Shown piece by piece: positions 52,412 through 64,000 of a stretch of 64,000 bases of DNA. Both the position numbers and the translations under genes were made by a program. The DNA is from Tricharina praecox (taxonomy: Eukaryota), in NCBI RefSeq assembly GCF_024521635.1, contig NW_026250413.1, positions 930,001 through 994,000 of the forward strand, given 5' to 3'. The notes beneath the pieces are model-generated. The model was not told the DNA's origin. It ran no database searches and saw nothing but the letters and a program-made list of their open reading frames with translations. Position 1 is the first letter of the stretch. Each line of letters opens with the position of its first letter.

Positions 52412-54140
52412 AATCGAGTGGTAGCCACACATACCACTGCTGCTCCCGTGACGGTGAATTCCGAAGTGTCTCAGAAGTGACGCCCGATGAAGGAGTCGAG
52501 TATTGGCATCTACCGTAGCGCACGATCTTGACGGGATCTGCATACGCAACATCACGTGGCGGAGATGGGCATCGCATAACTTGGCACGTCACTGCACATA
52601 TGTAACTATCCTCCGCCACCGTCTAGTTAGAGCACACCACATTTGTTTCGTTTGAGTTGTTCATGTAATGGCTTTTTGCGAGTTCCGCATCGAGCAGTCG
52701 CATCCCATGTACGGTACGGTAAGTACTCAGACGACGAATGCCGACATAGCCTGCTTCCGGAAGCTAAGAGGCAGCGATCCCGAGCAAACGAGCGCCAGCG
52801 GGGGACGGCCCATGAGCTAAGCGAGTGAGGCGCCGAGAGGAGACAAAGCCGTGCAAGTGAGCCATAGAAGTGCCGGGCATCACGGCCAACAAAGAGGGCC
52901 AGAAGGAGAGAGGTCTTGTTTCGCGTATGTAAGGATGCTGATTCCGACTTGCTGGAATTCCTCATTGATACCGCATTTACGTGAGCAATACCTAACGTCA
53001 ACCTACCACCACCACCTTACCTTACCTTACCGAGCTCTGGCTTCCTTTCTTCCTTCCTTCCTTCTCGCCTGCCTTCCGTGCATCCCTTCCCTTCGTTCCT
53101 TCCTTCGTCGCACACTCGCTGGTCTGTAGATAGTACACTCGTAATACCTAAACTATTCGCACCCAACCGCGAGCAGCCAACCCTTCACCCACAACACCAC
53201 CACCACCACCATCCAACCAACACCCGCCAGCCAACCAACCACTGCTTCTACCGTACTCTACCTACTATTGCCCCACAGACAACCCATTCTACTTCCTTAC
53301 TACTACCACCACCTCCTCCACCTCCATTCACCTCCACTACCACCACTATCACCACCACTATCACCACTACCACCACCACTACCACCACCACCTCCTCCAC
53401 CACTATCACCACCACCACCGACTACTCCCCCGCGTCCAGCGAAAACAACACCCGCCTTCCTTCTCCCCACCAGCCCCCATTCTCCCCACCAGTCTTCTTC
53501 ACTCTCACTCGCACATTCACTCAACTGCGCCCCAATCCCAGCCTGGCCATGCTCGTCCCCCGCCTCTGAGCCGCACTCGAATCGGTTGCTGCTGGCTGCT
53601 GGCGCTGGCTACCCGTCGATCGGCGTCCGGCCTTACTTACCTTACCTACCACCTACCTTACCTTACTTTACTACTCTACTTCACCCTACCACCACCCCAA
53701 ATTCCCACCCTACTACTCTACTAACCCCCTCCCTACCACCCCAACTCCATTCACCGTGCGACGTCAATTATTATTGGCGAAAGAAACCCGCCCACCGCAC
53801 TGCACCGCGCCTACCCACGAAACTGTGTCGACCTGCCAGCACAACAAAACTCTTTTCCTTTCCTTTCCTTCCGTCAAAAAGAACTTCAGCCTTGGATGTG
53901 CCCCGCGAATTAGCGACCCGAACGACCCATCGCAGGCAACGAAGCACGCAAGCAGTAACTGAGTTTTACGCCCAGGGGCACATACACACATACACACCCA
54001 GCTCCACATCCACACCCATACCATACCCACAAACACACACACCCATACACGCACACCCCCACAAACACAAAACGCATCCCGCGCTATATACCTTTTTGTC
54101 GCCTATCCTTATTTCACACGCGCGCGCGCTCACAGGCTCG

Positions 54141-56693
54141 ATGGCGAACACGGTCGCCCTCGTCGTCGACACGGACGAAATCGGCGTGCGATTCCAGAAG
54201 CTTAACCTTCCGCCGCGCCCACTGATCATGGACAAGTCGAGTCGCCAGTGCCAGCACCATCAGCACACGTCTTGTTTCTGCTACGAGTACACCACGCTGC
54301 TGGACCGGCCGGAATACACGGGAAAATACCTGCGCGAAAGTCCCGAGCCCGACTCGGCCGCCGCCGCAAGGACGCCGAAGGTCTCGACGAATGGCTCAAC
54401 GCCAAACTCAACGGCCGCTATCGCGACGAAGAAGTTCAAACTGGGGCAGTACCTCGCGGGAAAGACGACAACGCCGAAGCCAGACCACAGAAGCTCCGAG
54501 ACGTCGCCGAGTAACGCGACGAACGCGCCTGTCAGAAGCACTCTGCCGCCTCCGCCTCCTTCGTTACCGCCGCCACCTCCTCCGCCTGCTTCTGCTGCTT
54601 CGCATTCCTCGCATTCGAAGACGGCGTCGCGCTCAAATACTCCAACCACTAATAAGTCCAATGCCGCAAACCCTGTGATGGATCGGTCACGGGGTTCGTC
54701 GAAAACTGCAATTCCAATCAAGAGGTATGACGAAAGCTTTACCACACCAGGAGAAACATGTTTAGTGAGCTAATGCCTGTCTCTCTCTCGTGCAGGACCA
54801 GCGACCTTCCTCCAATGGATGAGCCTAAACCATCTCCAAAGATAAATTATTCGGAACTGTCGCGACCTTCGAAACGGCCACGCCTGTCGCCGCCGCCTCA
54901 ATCACGACAACCCCTCCCTCCTCCTCCTCCCCGACGGGAGCGCAGTCCACACCCCCTTCCAGCCTCCGCTTCCTCCTCCAGACAGCGCAGTCCCCCGCCA
55001 CCGCCTCGTCGGAATGCAGCTTCCCCACCTCCTCCACCTCCTCCCCCTCGACGCTCAGCCACACCCGCCCTAGTTCTACCGCCAATACTGAGTCCCACTC
55101 TGCCGAAGATCATCGAAGATGCGCTGGCGGCGGAGGATAACTTGGACGACGAGATCATGGCGAAGCCGACTCGCGATGGGACCCCGTTGTCAGTGAAAGA
55201 AGGGCGAGGCAAGGCGTCCCAATCGAGCAAGAAACCTCCGACGTCATCATCAACTCCCTCCGGGCGGTCCCCGCGCTCGGTCGCTTCTCCGGCCAAAACA
55301 CTTCCCAAGAAGTCGAGCCTTGGCGCCGCCGCCGCCGCCTCCAAGACTACCGGCAAGCGACCAGCAAGTCCGAATCCTTCATCTCCGAGATCTCGGATAT
55401 CCGCAACCTCGTCCAAACATCCGCCGGCAGCTTCTGCTACTACTGCTACACCTCAGAAGTCGCGGATAGTCAAGTTCCGGTTCAAACGGCGGTTGAAGGA
55501 TTTCCAGAGCTTCTGCAAGATCTCGCTTAACAAGCGCCCTCGCCCGTCGGCGAGCCTAGAGGAATCCAATGGCTTTGCCAAACCGAAGATGGCGTCGGCA
55601 GCGTCGCTCAATGTGCCGAAGATCTCGGCCTCGGCCGCTCGCTCACCCGCCTTCAAATCGCCGGCACTCAAGGCTCCGGTCACGGAGAGAGATGTTGTGA
55701 CGCCGCCTCCGAAGAAAGTCAATGGTACCACCGGGGGAAAGAAGCCGGAGCGATCTGCAATCACGCCGGCTTCCAATCGCGATGACAGGAACGGTGTGCC
55801 AAGGGTCATCCCGCACATAAGCCAGCAGTTTAGCCAGGATTACGAGAAGTATGTGGGACACGAAAATTAGGGTAGGTTGCAGGAACTAATCGTCATCTGC
55901 AGATTCGCGTCGCTGGGTAAATCCACGAAGCACGAGGCGGACGCCATCTTTCGGTCGGGAACGTCGGACACTAGGGAACTTCACCGTGCTTTGGTCATTG
56001 CCGCCGACTCGACGTTGTGCTTCATCCTTGCATTCGTGCTCTCGGACCGCGCGCGGGCGCTCGATGGCGGTAGACCGCCAACTGCGGATATGTGGAGGAC
56101 TTTCATCCCGTTGTCGATGTTTGTGTCGGACAAGGCGAAAGCTAGCCACGCGCACACGCTGTATGGGTTCTGGTATGTGCAGTCGAAATCGATCCATGTT
56201 CTGTCCAAACGATGTTGACGGAGTGGGGCGCAACAGCAAGCAGATGGAGACGGTGGTCCGCCAGCACGTCTTCGACATGGACGTGGCGCAATTCGGCCGC
56301 GCCAGTCTCCCGGACGCCACATCGAAAGCGCCCACGCCGGACTCGAGCAATTCGGTGAACAACGAGCGCAGCAGATACCTCGGGCTCAAATCACGGCTCG
56401 TCCAGGACTCTCGGGACCTCCGGGAATGCTGGAACGAGGGTGTGCGCTACCTCTCGTTCGACGACATCTCGGGGAAGTTCCCGCAGACGTATGCCGCCCG
56501 CAGTACTAAGTGGGTCGACCCCGAAACGCAGCTGCCGAAAGCCGTCGGAACCTACAAGCAGGCGTTCCAGCTCCCCCTGCATAGAAACAGCACCCCGCTG
56601 GAGACGGTCAACTTTGGTCGCCGATTCATCGAGGAGTGGGCGACGGGTAATCGCGTGCAGTATCGGAGTAAACTGTATGAATGGTTGAACTGA
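54141..56693 (+). CDS. Ser/Pro/Lys-rich nuclear protein with a helical C-terminal domain resembling Ebp1 (ELL-binding, AFF/AF4 C-terminal homology-like); join(54141..54724,54796..55848,55903..56172,56237..56693), 787 aa
   Basis: Three GTATG..CAG introns join four ORFs in frame. The C-terminus reads LGKSTKHEAD...IAADSTLCFILAF...WRTFIP...LYGFCKQME...W.EG...L....FP...LPLHRNSTPLETVNFG..FIEEW. The gene model is solid, but the family call is from memory and less sure. Confidence 0.7.
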
Positions 56694-58037
56694 CGGCGAT
56701 GGTCTTTTTGGTTGATTTCCTTTTTTCTTTCTTTCCTTATCTTCCTTTTTTCCTTCCTTCCTGTCTTCCTTGCTTCCGGTGCGATCACGCGAAATAAATT
56801 TCTTGCTCTTTTATCTCTATCATGTGTACTCAAATCTTTTTCGTTCGTTAACTTTTTATTTTTGTGTTTATTTTGTGTTTTTGTGTTTTTTATGTTTTTT
56901 GTATTTTTGTGTGTTTTTTTTGTTACTCAGGCGTAAAGCGGGGGGTGGGGGTGGGTTTTCCAATATCCATTGTTTTTGCTTTTACTTTTGCTTCTGCTAT
57001 TTTGTGAATTGCTGAGAATTGCTGAAAATTGGTTTTGACTTGCCTGCGAATGGGGGGTGGATGGGGATGGGGATGTAGAGGGGAAGGGGGAGGGGGATGT
57101 GGATGTGGATGAGGGGATGATATGGGGATGTGAATGGGGTATGGATGTGGACGGGGATGTGGGTGTGGATGGCGATGTGTATACTAGTTACTATCTTATT
57201 TTACTAGTTTTACTGGTTTTTGCTGGTTTTTGCTTGCGTATAAAGGGTGGAGGAGGGAGGATTGAGTATGGTGGTGGTTTTGGCGTCTAGATGCGTACTG
57301 ATGTATTTACTTAGTAGTTGGGAGACAATTGGAAGAGAATTGGAAGCAGATATGTAGACCGGACCAGTACCTCAGCGTTGAATAGGAGCTTGAACGGGAG
57401 GTGATGGTTGCGTGACTCATGAGGCTATTCAATCGGAGGGGGAGGGCAGTCGAGGTCAGATCGAAGCTGAGCTCTGATGGATCATTCTACCAAATATGAA
57501 ATTTCTCACCGCCATACATACGCACCGCCATAATTGTCGGGAGGGGTGTCATTCCAAGCAAGGCTCCGCCGTCAATGGCACCCGGAGGTTTCAGGTACCT
57601 ACTTAGGATCGGTAACGGTAACGTCTTTGTCTTTTTTTCTTCTTCCCCCTTGGTTTCATGATCAATTGCATGCATGCAGTCTTGCGGGACTGCGGGGACT
57701 GTGGTAATGTGGACTGTGGCAATGTCGCAATGTCAGTTAAATCTACATAAGACGAGCTTCGGCCTTCGGCCTTTGGGTGGGTGGATGCTCGATGGTACAT
57801 ACTAATAGTACAGGAGTGTGCCCAGTCGGTCGAGCGAGTGAGCGGGCATGGGTAGTCTACAGGAGAATACAGCGAGCCACGATATATGTACTAGGCAGTA
57901 ACTATCAATTCTCACTCGTCCACGCTTCTTCCAGAGAAAGCATGAATATCCAAAATGCTGCAAATATAACCAAACAACCCAACTCAAAAGAAAAACAAAA
58001 ACAAAATAGGTAGCTAACAGATCCCCTCCTCGCCTCG

Positions 58038-59371
58038 CTACAACTCATCATCATCCGTGGTATCATCGGCGGCATCATACTCCACCTTCTTCTCCACCCT
58101 CTCAACCGGCTTCTCCACCTTCTTCTCCGCTGCCGGCGGCTGCAGAGGCTGCGCAGCCTTCGCCGCCCACGCAATCGGCTTCCGCACGGGCGGGAGCTCG
58201 TCATCATCCTCGCTCTGTTTGGCATCACTCTGCGGCTCATCTTCATCGTCGTCGGAGGCGGTGAGTGCTGTTTCATCGTCCGCCACTGGAGCGGCCTTCC
58301 GTGACGGTCCAGCATCAACCTCCATCCTGTTGTCGTCGGAGGAGTCCTCGGTATCTGATGGTGGAGGAGCCGGTTTCCGACTTCTTGTGGCGCGCGCGGC
58401 GGGGGCGGGTTTCTTTGCGGGCGCTTTCTTGGCTGGCGCTTTCTTCGTTACGCGCGCAGGCGGTGTAGGCGGCGGCGGGGGTGGGGAAGCCTTGCGTTTC
58501 CCCTTCGCCTTGGCCTTGCCCTTCGCCATCACCGGCTCCGGTTCCTCCCCCGCGTCCCTCTCCTCCCCCTCCTCCCCCCTCCCCTGCTCCTGCTCCTTCT
58601 CCAGCAACCTCCCTTCCAACTCCCTTATCATTTTCTTCTTCTCCTCCAGCACCCTAACAAACCTCTCCACCAACAGCTCCTCATGTTCCTTCCTTGCCTT
58701 CACCAGCTCCTCGAGCTGTTGCTTAAGCTCATCCACGGCGCCCGCCTCCTCCTGGATCTTCCCGGCCACATCCGCCGCCTCGAGCCGCGCCACTGCCGCG
58801 CATGCCCACTCAAATATCTCGATCTCCGCATTGGGGTCACACGGAATCAACAGCGTCGCGAGCGTTTGCTTTACGCGCCCGAAGATGCGGCGGAGGCGGA
58901 GCTGCGCGAGGGGGGTCAGTGCCAGCACCACCACTTCGGTAAAAGGAAAAGGCAAAGGGAGGAAGGTACACACCCCGAACCCGTCCTCGCCCACAGTCGC
59001 AAAGTCAACATCCAGATTCGCGAGCAACCTGGGCTCCACAGGCCGCCGGAATAGCACCCACCCCCAGATTTCTAGGAGCTCGCTATCGCTGCCGGCGAAC
59101 TTCTCGTTCTTGGAGCTTAGCAGCTTCGCGGAGTCGACTGTTTCCCCCACTTCCCGTCAGTGTCGTGTCGTGAGAAAAAAAGAGGGATAGGGTGGGATGG
59201 TGTCGTACGCGTCAAGGTGAATGCCCGCTCGCCCTCCGTGGCTTTGATCGTGCATGCGAGGTTTTGCGGGAATGGTGAGTCCGCCGAGGTCGGCGTGATG
59301 TGTAGCAGGAAGTGCCCGTGCTTGTCGAAGCGCGGGATTCGTAGGAGCGGGTTGGGGTTGGGGGCGGCCAT
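58038..59371 (-). CDS. XRCC4: XRCC4-like NHEJ factor; complement(join(58038..59137,59209..59371)), 420 aa
   Basis: Head domain (LLRIPR..., ATEGERAF, LRRIFGRVKQTLATL...IEIFEW), coiled coil LEELVKARKEHEELLVERFVRVLEEKKKMIRELE (cf. KF..LLNEKK.KIR) and an acidic tail ending TTDDDEL. An alternative in-frame acceptor at 59150 would add 4 aa. Confidence 0.8.
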
Positions 59372-59401
59372 GGTCGTCGTCGTGCTGAGTGCAGAGGAAA
59401 G

Positions 59402-59458
59402 TCGCGTCGGAGTATGAGTCGGGACGACGCGATGGACGCACGCACGGGGTGGACGCGT
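59402..59458. promoter_or_regulatory. MCB-like cluster directly upstream of XRCC4
   Basis: TCGCGT 59402-59407, ACGCGA 59427-59432 and ACGCGT 59453-59458, all 30-90 nt before the ATG of a DNA-repair gene. Confidence 0.5.
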
Positions 59459-59737
59459 AGCGCTAAGTTGGTGTGACACATGTGCACGTGGTGGTGGCCT
59501 TTGCATAGGGCGTCACTCGATTATCATTGTTCCGACTCGGATTCAGTCACGTAGGATGAGCTCGTCTTTCTTAAACTTGTAATTGCCGGAATAAAACAAG
59601 AAAAAGATGAAGCCGATATCAACCGTATACACTGAATCCTCCACATCCCATCTCCGCCCCCTCTCTCCCCTCTCTCCGCCCCCTCTCTCCGCCCCCTCTC
59701 TCCGCCCCCCCGCGTTCCCCTCCAGCTGCCTCTGCCA

Positions 59738-60569
59738 CTACACCGGCAGCTCAAACTTCTTCCCCTTCATAACCTTCGTATAGTAGATATAGAAAAAGTC
59801 CGAGTAGAGGACCGTCTGCACGATGCCAGCCAGCAGACTGATCTGGTCGACATGGCCCTCCATGACATATCTCCAGACCCAATTTGGGATGTAGAGGGCG
59901 CGATAAGCGCCCAGGGCAAATAGGTAATGCGTGGTGATCGTTTCCGCCTCGCCCGTCCTCTGCATCATGAACAGCTGCGGTAGGATCGCGACGCTCTCGA
60001 GCCAGATGCTGAAGCTCCACAGGATCTCCGAGAAAGTGTACTGGTACGGGAATGCGAGCGCTAGCACGCCCGCGCCCACCAGAAGGAACTCCACCCGGAA
60101 CGTGTCGATTGCCGGGTCGTGTGTAGGCTTGAACGGCGAAGTCATCAGGTAGATCGTGTACCCCGTTTCCCCCAGGAATACGACCTTCATGATCGTGTTG
60201 TAGTACGAGATGTTGAATGTCGTGAAGATGTCTAAGGCCCTGTTAGCTCCGCTGGCCTGCTTCCGCTTCCTCCTCCTCCCCCTCCCCCCACACAGCACGG
60301 AGCGACATACCGAGGTAGCGCGTAACGAAGATCAGTAAGTAGAGGCATTGCGACTTGAGCGAGATTCCTGCGCACGTCTGTCCGTCCGGCATCGTCAGCA
60401 CATCAGCCATCCCATCTCATCTCGCTTTCGTCCCTCCTCTCCTCCATCCCCCACTCCGCTCGGTCCCTCTCCAGCAGCCCCCACTCACCCGTGACGTTTT
60501 CATCTTGTGCAGCAAGATAAAGATACTCGCCAGATGCGAGAGATCTGCTGCGATCCGGAAGATATTCAT
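59738..60569 (-). CDS. ERD2: ER lumen protein-retaining (HDEL) receptor; complement(join(59738..60231,60311..60377,60489..60569)), 213 aa
   Basis: [113 protein letters not shown]. Confidence 0.96.
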
Positions 60570-61359
60570 TGCAGCGGCGGTGGTGGTATGTGGTATGTGT
60601 AGTCGTGAAGCGTGGGTGGTGTGAGTGGTGGTAGTGGTGGTGTTTGCGGCGGCGGCCGCGGGCGGGTGGTAGATACGAGGTAGTTGGAGCACTAAAAAAG
60701 TTTGGGTTGGGTTGGAGCTGGCTTGCTTGTGGACACGTTCGTTTGGATGAGCTATGTAGGAATCTAGTGATGCTGGCTGGCTGGCTGAGCTACCCCAACC
60801 TTATGTGCTCGATGGCGGGGCTTGGTATTCGGGGTGACGAAACAACGACAGAACAAACAAACAAATTGAAGGTGAATGAATGAATTCGAAGGATTCTAAA
60901 GATCTGAGATGTGGCCTGAGTGGAGATTGAATAGAAAAAGCAATTGGGCGTGAATAGAAGATCAGGGGTGAGGGCTGCCATGCGATTACCCGGCAGGGAA
61001 TGCATGCTGTTGCTGTGACAGCTACGGTTTCAGGTGTCACGTGGCCCGGAGGAGTGAGGTACTGTGATGAATTGCCGATCTGAGGGATATTCATTGTCAG
61101 CGGTGGTTACCCACACCCTCCAGTACACACATACACAGCCCGCCCCACGAGTCACGAAGTGTGAAGATGCCGCTGTCTACTATACGTGCTTACACTGCCA
61201 CTGACCCATCGATAGTGGGCGTTGTGGAGCTGCGGCGGTAGCGGCCCGCACCTTGCACGGTTAAAGCCTGGGACCTGGATGGACAAGGTTCGTGATCACG
61301 TCTCCCCGCACACCCAGCTCCATCTACAACCTCGATAGCTACTCGAGCACGCCGCCCAC

Positions 61360-61720
61360 CCGTGATGGCAAACTTCTGTCCCATCTGCAAGCTACCTACC
61401 TAGTTTTCTCCTCAAGGATTTGGCCTTCGTCGACCAGGCGGACCATATCATACGGGGTGACGGAATTGACACGGACTGCTCGACACCTACAAAATCCGGC
61501 TGGAGGAGAAAGCAACGCAGTTGGCTTCTTTGCTTGTGCAACAGGAGCCGAAAGTGCTCTCACCGAAGGAACATGTGCTTGATCTGGAGGCCCGGACGAA
61601 GGGGTTCCAGGGGTTGCCTCTGGAGAAGGATCTACCCCGCAAGGCTCGAGGTGAAGAGGTGCAAATTGAATTGGAGGAACTGTATGCGAGGAGTGAGAGG
61701 ATGTATGATGGTATAATATG
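61360..61720 (+). pseudogene. Decayed C-terminal fragment of an augmin subunit HAUS1-like gene
   Basis: After an in-frame TGA (61467) the frame reads YKIRLEEKATQLASLLVQQEPKVLSPKEHVLDLEARTKGFQGLPLEKDL...EEVQIELEELYARSERMYDGI. This resembles the fungal HAUS1 tail (QE..V..L...V..LE.R...F.GLP.D...A..E.E....EL..L......FEGL). It has no ATG, and the upstream part lies in other frames. Confidence 0.5.
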
Positions 61721-62648
61721 GAGCTCTCGCCAAGTTGACACATCGTGGATAAAGACACAGTATTGATGCGCATGCTAAAGCATTCATCCACGGTCACTCG
61801 CCATAGGTAGCAGTTCTCGGAGCTGCAAAGCGGGGACCCTGCTTCGTTACATGTAGGAAGCGAGCTCCCCGGAAGAGGCAGGAGAAACGAAATCTCGAAT
61901 TTGTACGATGGTGAGTAGAGTATTGTACATATAGTGAGTGCGGGGACCTCGTCCCGAAAAGACGACCTCTCATCTAGACGGTCGACCTCCTACATACCAA
62001 TCCTCACATCATACTTCACTAGCAACCTCTTCATCCCGCATACCGTGTTATTCCTACGTCCCCTCCTCGGAGTAGTTTATCAATCGGCATCGGCGTGATG
62101 GACTTTGCTGCATCTTTGGTGGATGGATGGGCATTGAGTCGGCGGTGGTGCTGGGAAATCTCGTTCCAGTGGGATTTCTCCAGCTGTTGTCGAGTAGGTG
62201 TTGTCGCTAGTTATCGCCGTTTCTCTCGCCTCTCGAGGGCCGTAATAGCTACCTACGGTAGGTATGTAGTATTTGGCGGGACTCGGGCGACAAAGTGCTT
62301 CCAGTTGTAGGATTGCAGGGCCGACTGGAGCGGCCATAGTAGATGAAGGTGCATATATGTACAAAAGCTGTAGATGAAGCTGATGGGGACCGAGATCATG
62401 CATCTGTATGCATGCGGTGAGCAGTAACCACGAAAGTATGATTCATTGATAGATACATGACCGACGGACCGACCGTGACCACTCACGTTTCAACGGGGAG
62501 GGGTAGGGGACCTCCCAGACTCAGACTCAGACTCAGACTCGGGTCTCAAAGCCCGCGCCATCGTATGTATTGTACATGCCATGTACATGCCAGAACCGAT
62601 TCTACGGATCCTCCCATGTACCTACCGGCCGATGACTCAGTAAGAGGC

Positions 62649-62697
62649 CTGGAGCCTGGAAGCCTAGAGCCTGGAACCTGGAACCTGGAGCCTGGAG
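62649..62697. repeat. (CTGGARC)n heptanucleotide array, imperfect
   Basis: Directly visible CTGGAGC/CTGGAAC units. Confidence 0.8.
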
Positions 62698-64000
62698 ACG
62701 CGATGTCAGCTGTTTGCTGTCTTGCTGTCTTGCTGTTTTGCTGTGTGCTTCAGCCACATGCACGTTCGGCACTTCGGATTGCTATGCGGCCGGGGTTCGA
62801 CAGATCCGCAATGCGAAGAAAGGCGCGCCATCTGCCGAACGCGCTAGTCTCATGGCATGCGCAGGTGCTGTGTTTCGCGGTTCAGCCCGATGGCGGTATC
62901 GCGAGGCATCCTCAGCAGTTGGATGGGTAGTTGGGTATGTATCAGAAGCTTTGAAGCTTGGTGCTGAAGCTGACATGGCCTGGAACTCAATGGCGATCTA
63001 AGCGGTAATCTGGGCACTTGGCCACAAGTACTAGTAGATGCGCACGAGATGCGCACGGGAATAAGAGCTTCCATTGCATCCGCTGTCAATGACTTCCGCT
63101 GTCAACGACTTCGAGAAAGAGCCCCATTCACGAGCTTAAGTTAGGTACCACAGCCGGTCCGGGGAGCGACATTGAGTATCGATGGAGCTCCCCACTTCCC
63201 ATTCAATTCATCCCCCGGCCACCACCACCATCACGTCACCGCATCCATCTCCCATCTCCATCTCCATCTCCATCTCCCCATCACCGGCGAAGTCTAAAAA
63301 CACCCTCCAATTGCAATCGCAACTTCCGAGTCCCGGGTCCCGACTCTTAAGTCTCCGCACCGGACATGTAGCCCATCTAGGCTCTCGCTGATACCGGTAC
63401 ATATCCTCCTTTTAGCTTTTCTGCAGCCTGCAGGTCCCATGATCCATCGCATCCCATGATGCATCCCATCCCATCCCATCCCGAAGCCTGCGAGTGTGCA
63501 TGTCCACACTGCTAGTAGATAACCAGCTACCGCCAGCCTCAATGTGTTCATATCCAGTAAGCCACCAGCACCACCACCGCCATCCTCCATCATGGGTACG
63601 CAATTCCTCGCTCATCAGTCTTTCCGACCGAGCGACCATTGAACATCCCCACCCATCCCCATCCATCCAGCAGCTTCTACCCACGCCCTAGTGGGCGCAG
63701 CAAACGCCCACATTCCCCAACCCAGCCAACACAACCACGGACTGGGACTGGGACTGGGATGAACCGACCGGGTGCGAGTCCGTCCATCTAGCGTCCATCA
63801 AATCCGTCCAATCCATCCAGTCCATCCAATCCGCCGAAACAGAGACACAGAGACAGACAGAGACAAGCAAGCCATCCATCCAGCTGCAGGTCCGAAACGA
63901 TAGCAACGCGGGGCTTTCGGGAGTTTTGGATTTCCTTGCTTTTCGTTGATTTTGCTTTTTGCTTTTTGTGTGTTTGCTTTTCCGGGTCACTCTCCATCTG

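Noticed and set aside
53268-54140. N-terminal 290 aa of the 501-aa ORF as coding
   Set aside because: Starts at TTG and translates an ACC/CCT-rich leader; the first ATG in frame is 54141.
58057-59190. 377-aa plus-strand ORF, and similar antisense ORFs over ILV2, YHM2, RRP4 and the SR-like gene
   Set aside because: Antisense shadows of real genes with biased codon usage.

Overview
Eukaryotic DNA from a filamentous ascomycete (Pezizomycotina; possibly Pezizomycetes, inferred from short GT-AG introns with CTRAC branch sites and microsatellite-rich intergenic DNA). I could splice 12 intact genes by hand. These are byr4 (1361-4770), a NOL4-like integrase-type zinc-finger gene (20830-22037, minus), and a dense block from 33.7-60.6 kb: a Nudix hydrolase, MRPL44, SLY41-like TPT transporter, an RD/RS-rich protein, YHM2, GH13 alpha-glucosidase, ILV2, RRP4, an Ebp1/AFF-like protein, XRCC4 and ERD2. 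The most striking architecture is a ~29 kb gene desert (4771-33771) holding only one clear gene. That gene encodes an integrase HHCC zinc-binding domain with no catalytic core, and it is surrounded by microsatellite arrays, an upstream APSES-site cluster and a possible long uORF. Two decayed gene relics (CYP56/Dit2-like P450 and HAUS1-like) were seen by eye. No tRNA, rRNA, CRISPR array or intact transposon was found. All family assignments come from recalled motifs, not database searches.
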